From Terrimicrobiaceae bacterium (GTDB lineage: Bacteria; Verrucomicrobiota; Verrucomicrobiia; Chthoniobacterales; Terrimicrobiaceae), in the NCBI GenBank assembly GCA_041752695.1, contig JBGSVZ010000042.1, positions 1 to 64,000 on the forward strand: 64,000 nucleotides of DNA. The letters run 5' to 3'. Under the pieces are notes generated by a model. That model saw only the letters and a program-made list of their open reading frames with translations. It was not told where the DNA came from and did no database searches. This document shows, piece after piece, positions 18,415 through 27,264 of the stretch; the stretch's first letter is position 1; every line of letters begins with the position of its first letter. A program made the position numbers and the translations under genes.

Positions 18415-18993
18415 ATGACTCCCGCCACCGACAGCCCGGTTGAAATCGAGCCTGCCCTGATCCGGCGGGTGGCCGACGGGGATATTTCCGCTTTTGAACA
18501 CTTATACGAAACGGCCTCCGGCCTGCTGTTTTCCGTGGCCCTGCGCATGCTCCAGCGGCACGAAGATGCCGAGGAATTGCTGCAGGAAGTTTTTGTAAAA
18601 ATCTGGAAGGACGCCTCCAGCTACGACCCCAGTCGAGGCGCACCCATCGCCTGGGCGCTCACCATCACCCGGCACAAGGCGATTGACCGCATCCGCTCCA
18701 CCACCCGCAGGATCCGCCTGCATGAAGAGGCCGAACAGGAATCTATGGTCACGGAACCCGCTTCACCTGCTGAACCCGCCCGTGAAGCCGACCGCGCCGA
18801 GAGCGCATCCGCCGTCCAGACATCACTCGCCTCCCTTCCGCCGGACGTCCGGCAAACGGTCGAACTCGCCTACTTCGGGGGGCTGTCCCAAAGCCAGATC
18901 GCCGACAGGCTGTCTGTTCCCATTACCACGGTGAAAAGTCACATTCGGCGGGCCATGATGACGCTCCGCCACAGCCTGAGGGATTTCGCATGA
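18415..18993 (+). CDS. ECF sigma factor (SigK-like)
   Basis: DAEELLQEVFVKIW region 2; LAYFGGLSQSQIA...TVKSHIRRA region 4. Confidence 0.9.
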   Translation: MTPATDSPVEIEPALIRRVADGDISAFEHLYETASGLLFSVALRMLQRHEDAEELLQEVFVKIWKDASSYDPSRGAPIAWALTITRHKAIDRIRSTTRRIRLHEEAEQESMVTEPASPAEPAREADRAESASAVQTSLASLPPDVRQTVELAYFGGLSQSQIADRLSVPITTVKSHIRRAMMTLRHSLRDFA

Positions 18994-19907
18994 GCCTCGA
19001 AGAACGCGAAGAACTTGCCTCTCTCTACGTCCTCGGTTTGCTGGAAGGCTCCGAGCTCGCCGCCTTCGAGCAGGAACTGGCTTCCGACGCAGCTCTCGCC
19101 TCGCTGGTCAAAGAACTCGCAGACGCCGCGAATCACATCGCCCTCTCCGCCCCTCCCGTCACTGCGCCTCCCGCCGTACGTCGTCGGATTTTCCAGGAGA
19201 TCGAAACTCTCCGCCAAACCGAGCAACCCGCCCCGGTGGTCACTCGTTCTTTCGGCTGGGTCCCCTGGGCCCTGGCCGCGGGGCTGGCGATTTTCGCCGG
19301 ATTCACCTGGACCGAAAAATCCCGAATTGCGACCGGCAATTTCCAACTTTCCGCGCAGAACAACGACCTGCTGACGAGGCTGGCGACTCTCGAAACGGAA
19401 CGCGTTCAACTCGAACAAAACCTCGCGAAAGTTGAAACCAGACGCACCGAGCAAGACGTCCGCTTGACCTCCCTGGAAGCGGAAAAAAGCGCGCTCACCG
19501 CCAAACTTGCGGCCCTGGAAGCGGAAAGGACCCAATTGGCTGTTCGCATCGCCGCGTTCGAAGCGCGCAACCCGCTGGACGAAATCAAAGCCATCGCCCT
19601 GGCCCCGCAGCCAAACGCCCCGCGTGGAGCCTCCGTTCTGGCCTTATGGGATAGTCGCCATCAGGCCGGCGTGCTCGACCTGTCGAAACTCCCTGCCGCC
19701 GGTGCAGACAAGGATTACCAACTGTGGATTATTTCTCCCGATTCCTCAGCGCCCATCAGTGCCGGGGTGTTTGCCACCGCCGGTGGCCAGGCCCCTTTCC
19801 AAGCTCCGCGTCCACTTTCTCAAGTCGCCGCACTCGCCATTTCCCTGGAGCCCAAAGGAGGCTCCGAGTCCGCACGGGGGCCGGTGATATTTGTGGGGAA
19901 ATTTTAA
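18990..19907 (+). CDS. anti-sigma factor (RskA-like) with coiled-coil spacer
   Basis: LASLYVLGLL ASD; one TM helix; KDYQLWII...AISLEPKGGS C-terminal domain. Confidence 0.88.
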   Translation: MSLEEREELASLYVLGLLEGSELAAFEQELASDAALASLVKELADAANHIALSAPPVTAPPAVRRRIFQEIETLRQTEQPAPVVTRSFGWVPWALAAGLAIFAGFTWTEKSRIATGNFQLSAQNNDLLTRLATLETERVQLEQNLAKVETRRTEQDVRLTSLEAEKSALTAKLAALEAERTQLAVRIAAFEARNPLDEIKAIALAPQPNAPRGASVLALWDSRHQAGVLDLSKLPAAGADKDYQLWIISPDSSAPISAGVFATAGGQAPFQAPRPLSQVAALAISLEPKGGSESARGPVIFVGKF

Positions 19908-19917
19908 CATTCCCCCA

Positions 19918-19945
19918 TTGACGTCCGCCTCGTCCCGGGTATTCT
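19918..19945 (+). promoter_or_regulatory. tRNA-Gly promoter
   Basis: TTGACG-16-TATTCT, 13 nt upstream of the tRNA. Confidence 0.65.
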
Positions 19946-19958
19946 CCTCCTCTCTCAC

Positions 19959-20031
<73 letters not shown>

Positions 20032-20142
20032 CCCCCCCTTTTCCCCGGGGAACCGCATGAGAACAGGCTCTGTGGGCTTTTTATCCATCTTTCCATCGTG
20101 CAGGGAATTGCACCAAACAGCGGTTTTTATTGGCACTCAATT

Positions 20143-20607
20143 GGCTCTCCGCCAAACAATGGGGATGAGGTCATTTGTTGGTCATTTTGGTTAGCCGCAC
20201 TGAGGGATGACGCGCAAGCGATAGTTGGGAAAGTTTCTAAAGCCGTAAGCGCGGCGTTGGAGGAGTTTCATCTTTCGGTGGAAGCCCTCGGTGATGACCA
20301 GCGGGCGGGGGATGAGCAGGCGGCAGGCGCGAGTGATGCTCGCGGTAAATGCTCTCACGCAATGGTCTGCACTCCGTCGCCACGGTCGCAATCCCGGCGT
20401 CTCGGGCACAAAACTGCGTTGGCAGTCCCGGCATTGCCACCGTCGCAGGGCGATCAACAGTCGGCTCGCTCGCCCAAAGGTATCCAGATGCCGCGCCCGG
20501 CGTTCATACCTCCCCTTACTCACCAAGCGGGAGCCTAATAGTCCTATACACACAGGGGCCATGTTGGTCGTTCTTCGACCTCATCGCCCCACTTTTTAGC
20601 AAGAGGC
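20143..20607 (-). mobile_element. internally deleted ISL3-family element (~465 bp)
   Basis: ISL3 zinc-finger segment (RHL..RRWQCRDC..F) joined to C-terminal EGFHRKMKLLQRRAYGFRNF; imperfect IRs GGCTCTCCGCCAAACAATGGGGATGAGGTC / GCCTCTTGCTAAAAAGTGGGGCGATGAGGTC. Confidence 0.8.
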
Positions 20608-21285
20608 TGTTTTGGTTAACCAAAATCCTCAGGAGCCACTCTAAGAAATGGACTCCCTTGCACTTCCCTTTGAGAAATCGATTCCTCGCACCACCAACCT
20701 GCTTCGATTTTGAACCGATTGATCTACCAATCTGGCCGGTGGTCTGACGCGAAAAGATGTTTATACGGTTCCGCAGCCGGCTTTCTCTCCTCCCAACGGG
20801 CGGCAAAATGTTTGACGCGAGTCAAATTTTCGGAAAAATAGGTCTCCGCAGTTCGCCGGAAAGTCAATGCCAGGAGCCACTAATCTTGGAAGGTGCCGTA
20901 AATGAACGAACCAATTCCTCCCGTCGGAAAAGCACGCAGAACTTTGCTGGTCAAGTCGGCGGCTTCTCTCAAATACAAAAACCGGACCGGCTATCTGAAG
21001 TCCATCGCTTGCCACCGCGTAGTGATGCTGAGCCTCGAAGAGTCCGGCCTCCTTGGCAAAGTGCAAAGGCAGACTTTTTACGAGGATGGCTCGGTCTTTT
21101 TTGCAGTGCCAACAGATCCCAACTTTACCCAAAAACCGGCGCGACTTCTGAACCAGGCGAGGACGCCGAACCAATCTCAATTGGCCCCTTCCTGCCGACT
21201 TTGACGCGCTGGTTTAGCGAGGAAGGCGCGTGCGCGCAAGAGACTCAACAATCACCCACCCACCCCAACCCAACCTGATTACACC

Positions 21286-22260
21286 ATGAGCATCGATTCA
21301 TTTTCCTCGGAAACGGCCAATGCCGCAATTAACGCCTATTATCATTGGTTCGGCGTTCCCACGTTCCTCCGCTGTCCTCATGATCCTGAGTTCAAGGATG
21401 CCGATATCGGGATCATTGGCTACCCATACAGCGGTGGAAATGCGATTGAGCGCATGCAGTATCTCGGACCCCGGGCGATCCGCTGCCGATCATCCAGCTA
21501 CCACCGGGCCCACCGAAAATTTCGCATCAATCCTTTCGATCTCGCCCGGGTTCGCGATCTGGGAGATGTTAGTTTTCCCAATGTTTTGAATCCCGATCTC
21601 TCCTCCGAAGATGCCCAGGCGGCCTTTGCCAAAGTGTTCGAAGCCGGGATTCTTCCCGTCGGCGTCGGCGGAGACCATTCCCTCACCTGGCCCTTGTTGC
21701 GAGCCCGCAAAGCGCATTTTGGTGAACCCGTCGCCATGATCCATTTTGACAGCCACACCGATGCCGCCCCGGCCTGCTCGGGAACCCGCAATACGGCAGC
21801 CGGATTCCGCATTGGCACGGAGGATGGAGTAATTGACCCGAAAAAAACCGTGCAGATCGGGATTCGTGGACCGATGGGCGACTTGGGGATGGATGCCTGG
21901 TCGGAGGAAAATTTTGCCGCCGTCATCACCACCGAGGCCTTTCTCGAACAAGGGGTGCCGTCAGTCCTGCACACGGTTCGTGAAGTCGTCGGCGACGCCC
22001 CGACGTTTCTGAGCTTCGATCTCGATGCCATTGACCCGAGCGAAGTGCCGGGGGTGGCCGACCCCGAAATCGACGGGCTTCGGATTCGCGAAGTCATGAA
22101 ATTGCTCGACGGATTTCGCGGACTCAACCTCATCGGAGCGGACGTCGTCTGCCTTTGCCCACCCATGGACAATCCCTCCCAGATCAGTGCCATGACCGCC
22201 AGCCTTCTCCTCCATGAATTTGTGACCCTGATTGCGGACCGTCACTTCGGGAAAGCTTAA
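21286..22260 (+). CDS. agmatinase/ureohydrolase-family protein (divergent active site)
   Basis: GGDHS, DSHTD and SFDLDAIDP metal-binding motifs. Confidence 0.9.
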   Translation: MSIDSFSSETANAAINAYYHWFGVPTFLRCPHDPEFKDADIGIIGYPYSGGNAIERMQYLGPRAIRCRSSSYHRAHRKFRINPFDLARVRDLGDVSFPNVLNPDLSSEDAQAAFAKVFEAGILPVGVGGDHSLTWPLLRARKAHFGEPVAMIHFDSHTDAAPACSGTRNTAAGFRIGTEDGVIDPKKTVQIGIRGPMGDLGMDAWSEENFAAVITTEAFLEQGVPSVLHTVREVVGDAPTFLSFDLDAIDPSEVPGVADPEIDGLRIREVMKLLDGFRGLNLIGADVVCLCPPMDNPSQISAMTASLLLHEFVTLIADRHFGKA

Positions 22261-22302
22261 AAAACGCCGCCTTCTCCCTGTTCGAACGCGAAAGAACCAC
22301 GC

Positions 22303-22821
22303 ATGAGCACGCCGCAAGAAGACCGTCCGGGGCCCGCCTTGCGACTGCGCGTGGGGGTCATTCTCTTTGCCCTGGCTGGCCTGTTGGTCCTGTCGGGTGT
22401 CGTCATGCTCTTCACTGGAAAGCCTGAGACTATGAGGTCAGGCTGGGTTATCTGGGTTCTGGCGGGGCCGCCGGAAATCCTCTGCTTGCTGGCGGCAGGA
22501 ATTCTTGGAAAAGAAAATTACCAGATGCTGGCCAAAAAAGTCCGGCGCGGGCTGCGCCAACCCGCGGCGTCCGCGCAGGCTGCCTCACGGCTCCGTTATT
22601 ACACGGGGCTGGCCGGATGCCTCTTCAATGGGGTTCCGCTTACTCTTTATGCTTACGTCCCCGAGCTGCTGCCCGGGGGGCCGGCCAAAATGAGCATTCT
22701 GGTGGTCGCCGACGTAATTTTTCTCGGAAGTGTGTTTTTCGCCGGCGGCGAGTTTTGGGAGAAGCTCCGGAGCTTGTTTATTTGGGACGGGGACCAAGCG
22801 GTGCCGGGGCCAAGCCAATAA
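22303..22821 (+). CDS. membrane protein ('transporter suffix domain'-like)
   Basis: 4 TM helices; ends VFFAGGEFWEKLRSLF. Confidence 0.7.
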   Translation: MSTPQEDRPGPALRLRVGVILFALAGLLVLSGVVMLFTGKPETMRSGWVIWVLAGPPEILCLLAAGILGKENYQMLAKKVRRGLRQPAASAQAASRLRYYTGLAGCLFNGVPLTLYAYVPELLPGGPAKMSILVVADVIFLGSVFFAGGEFWEKLRSLFIWDGDQAVPGPSQ

Positions 22822-22927
22822 ATCGTCCACTCGGACTCGCAGAGCCCCACCCGGCAGATCAATCCGCCACCGTTTCCCCGGCCGTCGCCAGATCAGCGGT
22901 TCCGAAAGCGTTTCTCGCCCCCCGGCT

Positions 22928-23407
22928 TCATCGGGTTTTCCATTTCAGATCCACATGCGGGTCGTATTCCTGCACGTCGTCCGGACGAAACCCCGCCTCG
23001 TACTCAAACAGGTCAACCACATGACCCTGCATGAAGGGCCGGCCGGATTTTTCGCAACGCCGGAATTCCCAGGTGTGTTCGAGATGGGCTTTGAGGAGCT
23101 GACTGCGCGGGCTGTTTTCTGGACGCTGATGGAATGTCCACTGCATGACGGTTTTTGCCGTGGTCACCGGCTCGCCCACCATGATCTGGATATCGGTGTA
23201 GTCGTGAAATTCATCGAAAAACTTGCGTTTGACGATTTGATGGGCCTCAAAATCCGCATAGCCCAACCAGGTCTTGTCTCCGAAGGTCATGTAAAAGCCC
23301 TCTTCCGCGATGAGCGGCAAAAAGGCGGACAAGCCAGCTTGCTGGTCGTGCAATCGACCCCATTGCAAAATGATCGCCCGGGCTTCGTCTTCCGTGACAG
23401 GGTTCAT
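22928..23407 (-). CDS. hypothetical protein, NTF2/SnoaL-like
   Basis: 159 aa, helix followed by beta meander; 21 nt downstream of trpB. Confidence 0.6.
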   Translation of the reverse strand: MNPVTEDEARAIILQWGRLHDQQAGLSAFLPLIAEEGFYMTFGDKTWLGYADFEAHQIVKRKFFDEFHDYTDIQIMVGEPVTTAKTVMQWTFHQRPENSPRSQLLKAHLEHTWEFRRCEKSGRPFMQGHVVDLFEYEAGFRPDDVQEYDPHVDLKWKTR

Positions 23408-23428
23408 AAATTTTGCTCCGCCGCGTGT

Positions 23429-24625
23429 TTACGCCAGCAGCATTTCAGCAGCTTGGGCGACGTCTTTGTCCCCACGACCGGAGAGGTTCACAACGATGAT
23501 CTGGTCGGCGGTCATGGTCGGGGCGACCTTGATGGCATGGGCAACGGCATGGGCGGACTCCAGCGCGGGAATGATGCCTTCCACCTTGGCGAGCGTTTGA
23601 AACGCGTCCAGCGCCTGTTGGTCGGTGGCGTAATCGTAATCCACCCGGCCGATATCCTTCAGGTAACAATGCTCCGGCCCAACGGCGGCGTAGTCGAGCC
23701 CGGCGGAAACCGAATGGGTCGATTCGATCTGCCCGTCGTCATCGGCCAGCAGCCAGGTTTTCGCTCCTTGCAGCACGCCGAGGCGTCCGCCTTGAAAACG
23801 CGCGGCATGACGACCCTTAATGATGCCATCGCCACCCGCTTCCACGCCAATCATCTTCACGGCTTCGTCTTTGAGAAACGGATAAAACAATCCGATGGCA
23901 TTGCTGCCCCCGCCCACGCAGGCAATCAAAAGATCGGGGAGGCGTTCCTCGCGCTGGAGCATCTGACGGCGTGCTTCGTCTCCGATGACGCGGTGAAAAT
24001 CCCGAACCATCATGGGATAGGGGTGGGCGCCGTAAGCAGTGCCTAAGATGTAATGCGTGGTGCGGACATTGGTCACCCAGTCGCGCATGGCTTCATTGAC
24101 CGCCTCCTTCAGCGTAGCCTGTCCGGCGGTGACGGGGACAACCTTCGCTCCCAAAAACTGCATGCGGGCCACGTTGAGCGCCTGACGTTTCATGTCCACC
24201 GCGCCCATGTAAACCACGCACTCAAAGCCAAACCGTGCCGCCACGGTGGCGGTGGCCACCCCATGCTGACCGGCACCGGTCTCGGCGATGACGCGTTTTT
24301 TGCCCATCCGTTTGCAGAGGATGGCCTGGCCGATCGCGTTGTTGATTTTATGGGCGCCGGTGTGGAGCAGGTCTTCGCGTTTCAGGTAAATTTTGGCACC
24401 CCCCAGATGCTGCGTGAGGCGTTCCGCAAAATAGAGGGGAGTCGGGCGTCCGCAATAATCGCCGAGAAGTCCGGCATACTCCTTCCGAAATTCGGGGTCA
24501 AGACGGGCTCGGGCGTATTCCTGTTCGAGTTCCTCGAGAGCGCTGAAAAGCGTTTCGGGCACGAACTTGCCGCCATACTGGCCGAAGTGGCCATGGGCAT
24601 CGGGAAGAGAGGTTTCAGCAGGCAT
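23429..24625 (-). CDS. trpB: tryptophan synthase beta chain
   Basis: [26 protein letters not shown] and NLSGRGDKD motifs. Confidence 0.98.
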   Translation of the reverse strand: MPAETSLPDAHGHFGQYGGKFVPETLFSALEELEQEYARARLDPEFRKEYAGLLGDYCGRPTPLYFAERLTQHLGGAKIYLKREDLLHTGAHKINNAIGQAILCKRMGKKRVIAETGAGQHGVATATVAARFGFECVVYMGAVDMKRQALNVARMQFLGAKVVPVTAGQATLKEAVNEAMRDWVTNVRTTHYILGTAYGAHPYPMMVRDFHRVIGDEARRQMLQREERLPDLLIACVGGGSNAIGLFYPFLKDEAVKMIGVEAGGDGIIKGRHAARFQGGRLGVLQGAKTWLLADDDGQIESTHSVSAGLDYAAVGPEHCYLKDIGRVDYDYATDQQALDAFQTLAKVEGIIPALESAHAVAHAIKVAPTMTADQIIVVNLSGRGDKDVAQAAEMLLA

Positions 24626-25643
24626 GAGAAGCAGTATGCACCTCCGTCAACAATGCTGCAACTGCGCGGCGATGAGGCGACGGCATCGGCGGGAGGGAAT
24701 CGACCGAAAATGCCTGAAGACCTGGGCGCGGGGCAGATTCGCGACATACGCTCATCGTCACCCGGTACCGCGTGATCGGGTAAACCTGCACATGATCCGG
24801 CTCACGGCGGGCCGGTACTGCGGCAGGCAGCAGCCAAAGTCCTTTCCAGCGTGGACCTGTGGACAGTTCCAGCCAGAGCTTGTCTTGCGCAAAGACAAAA
24901 GCGCGGGATTCTGCAACAAACTCGATGGTCTTGCGGGCGCGTTTGACCGGCAGCAATTCCGGATTTACCGCGCGACAATCTGCCTGGACGGGACATTCCA
25001 GACATCGCGGATTGCGCGAGACGCAGATCAGTGCGCCGAGTTCCATCAGGGCCGACGTGTGCAACCGACCGCCGTCGCCGGGCAGCAGGGAAACGGCGGA
25101 GGACTCGAGGAAACGTTTTCCCGCCGCGTCATCAATGGGGTCGAGCCAGTTTTGCAGACGGGCAAGGACTCGAGCGATGTTGGCGTCAATCACAGCCACG
25201 GCCTCGTCAAACGCAAAGGCCGCCACCGCCCCGGCGGTGTAATCCCCCACCCCAGGCAAACCGCGCAAGGCATCCACCGAGCGAGGGATGCGTCCCCCAT
25301 GGCGCTCCATCACGGCATGCGCGGCACGCTGAAGGTTCCGCGCCCGGCTGTAGTATCCGAGTCCCTGCCAGAGAGAGAGCACACGCTGTTCGTCCGCCTC
25401 GGCCAGGGCAGCAACGTTTGGAAAGGCCGCCATCCAGCGCCCGAAATACGGAATGACCGCCGTCACCGTGGTTTGCTGGAGCATGAACTCCGACACCAGA
25501 ATGGCGTAGGGGTCGTTGGTCCGCCGCCAGGGCAGGTCGCGACCCTGCTGGAGAAACCAGGCAGCGAGCTTGCGCCGGATTTTTTCCGCTGGGTCTCCGC
25601 GTCGCGGCGGTTTACTGGTTTTTCCTGTGCCGGACAAAGCCAT
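24615..25643 (-). CDS. mutY: A/G-specific adenine glycosylase
   Basis: [35 protein letters not shown] and C-x6-C-x2-C-x5-C; start uncertain. Confidence 0.92.
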   Translation of the reverse strand: MALSGTGKTSKPPRRGDPAEKIRRKLAAWFLQQGRDLPWRRTNDPYAILVSEFMLQQTTVTAVIPYFGRWMAAFPNVAALAEADEQRVLSLWQGLGYYSRARNLQRAAHAVMERHGGRIPRSVDALRGLPGVGDYTAGAVAAFAFDEAVAVIDANIARVLARLQNWLDPIDDAAGKRFLESSAVSLLPGDGGRLHTSALMELGALICVSRNPRCLECPVQADCRAVNPELLPVKRARKTIEFVAESRAFVFAQDKLWLELSTGPRWKGLWLLPAAVPARREPDHVQVYPITRYRVTMSVCRESAPRPGLQAFSVDSLPPMPSPHRRAVAALLTEVHTASHAC

Positions 25644-26544
25644 CACCCTTTACAATACGCCGCTCACCACGGAGCAAGCCGCGAAGTTAAAGCTTCTTCT
25701 GACCGAGGAGGGCTTCAAATTCGAGACGCGGCCCTACACCTTGTATTTCGCCCAGAAAGACAAGCTCACCGTGGCGGTTTACGAGAAGGGGCCCAAGGCC
25801 GTTCTGCAAGGCAAAGGGACGCAGGATTTCGTCCAGTTTCAGCTGGAGCCCGAGATTCTCGGCGAGGCCAAACTCGGCTACGAAGAGGTGCTGAATCCGG
25901 AAATGTATGAGCCGCATTTCGGCGTGGACGAAAGCGGTAAGGGGGATTTTTTCGGACCGCTCGTCATTGCCGGAGTTTTCGTGGACCGCGATCTGGCGCG
26001 GCATTTTCAAGACCTCGGCATCACGGACAGCAAACGCATCACGTCGGATAAACGTATCCGCGACTTGGCCGAGGGCATTCGCCGTTCACGCGCGGCTCAG
26101 AGCGTGGTGACGATCAGTCCTGAACGCTACAACGCCCTCTTCACCAAGATTGGCAACCTCAACCGGCTGCTCGCCTGGGGCCACGCGCGGATTATTGAAA
26201 ACCTTTGCGAACTGCGCCCCGACTGCCCCCGCGCCCTTTCGGATAAATTTGCCGACGTGCGGGTGCTGGAGCGGGCGCTGATGGAAAAGGGCAGGGCCAT
26301 CAAACTCGACCAGCGGACCAAGGCGGAGTCGGACTTTGCCGTCGCGGCGGCGTCCATTCTGGCCCGGGAAAAATTCATCGACTGGCTGCACACCACCGGC
26401 CAGCGAATGGGAGTCACCCTGCCCCGCGGGGTGAATGCCGCGGTGAAGGACGCGGCGCGGGTCATTATTGCGAAAGGCGGAAGCGAGGCCCTGGCCACCG
26501 TCGCGAAGATGCATTTCAAGACTTCGGCAGAGGTGCTAGGGTGA
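25627..26544 (+). CDS. rnhC: ribonuclease HIII
   Basis: N-terminal TBP-like domain; GVDESGKGDFFGP, DSK and VAAASILAR motifs; GTG 25627 taken as start. Confidence 0.92.
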   Translation: MPDKAITLYNTPLTTEQAAKLKLLLTEEGFKFETRPYTLYFAQKDKLTVAVYEKGPKAVLQGKGTQDFVQFQLEPEILGEAKLGYEEVLNPEMYEPHFGVDESGKGDFFGPLVIAGVFVDRDLARHFQDLGITDSKRITSDKRIRDLAEGIRRSRAAQSVVTISPERYNALFTKIGNLNRLLAWGHARIIENLCELRPDCPRALSDKFADVRVLERALMEKGRAIKLDQRTKAESDFAVAAASILAREKFIDWLHTTGQRMGVTLPRGVNAAVKDAARVIIAKGGSEALATVAKMHFKTSAEVLG

Positions 26545-27071
26545 CGCCAATGGAACTCAACGCTTGGACCAAACATCTGCGCACCCTTCACGACAAGGCC
26601 GTGGCCTTGCAACGTGCCGGCCAGACGGATCTGGCCACCTATTTCACTCCCGAGGAAACGTCCTTTCTCGCCTCCATCGGATTAAAGCCGATCAATGTCT
26701 ACGACTTCGCGGAGGATTTTGCCGGCGGCGGTGAACCCGACTGGGACACCTTCCTCTTGGTGGCGGCAGCCCGGCGGGACTTTTTTCTCTACGAGCAACA
26801 CGGCCAAACCAACACCGCGGAACTCGACGCCTCCGAACTCCCGGGCCGTAAGGCCACTCTGGGCGGGATCGAATGGTTGCCCCGCATCATCACGAAAGCC
26901 ACCTGTTTCCTCGAAGGCGGGCTCTGCCACGACATTATGTATTGCTGCGGCGGCGACCGGAATTTCCTGCGCAAGCACGGCATCCATCCGGCCGATTTCC
27001 TGCGCGCCGTCTGGGCCGCCAAAGGCGACGAACAGCGCGTGCTGGCTTTTGTGAAAGAGGGCGGCGAGTAA
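26541..27071 (+). CDS. hypothetical protein (DUF5069-like)
   Basis: LGGIEWLPRIITKA...YCCGGDRNFL pattern. Confidence 0.7.
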   Translation: MTPMELNAWTKHLRTLHDKAVALQRAGQTDLATYFTPEETSFLASIGLKPINVYDFAEDFAGGGEPDWDTFLLVAAARRDFFLYEQHGQTNTAELDASELPGRKATLGGIEWLPRIITKATCFLEGGLCHDIMYCCGGDRNFLRKHGIHPADFLRAVWAAKGDEQRVLAFVKEGGE

Positions 27072-27074
27072 AGC

Positions 27075-27252
27075 GTAACGCTCAACGCTCAACGCTCAAC
27101 ATCGAACGCCGAACGCCGAAGTTTCGGAATGGGACGCTCCGTGGGTGTAGCGGCAGGGAAGCGCCAAGCTTTCCCTAAGCGCGGAAAACCAAAAGTTGCG
27201 TTCCCGGCACCACTTCAGCGTTCAGAGTTGAACGTTCAGCGTTGAGCGTTAC
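27075..27252. repeat. inverted heptamer (AACGCTC) arrays between convergent genes
   Basis: Left arm 27075-27121, right arm 27213-27252; outer 15 bp GTAACGCTCAACGCT perfectly inverted. Confidence 0.85.
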
Positions 27253-27264
27253 TCGCGAAGCGCG

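Noticed and set aside
21100..21285. Guanidine riboswitch upstream of the ureohydrolase
   Set aside because: Could not see ykkC-I, twin ACGR-loop or ykkC-III consensus by eye; an Infernal scan would be decisive
20032..23428. Integrase-driven island at tRNA-Gly
   Set aside because: No integrase and no duplicated tRNA 3' end found
27075..27252. CRISPR array
   Set aside because: 7-bp tandem units without spacers; no cas genes and no repeat-spacer structure seen in the window
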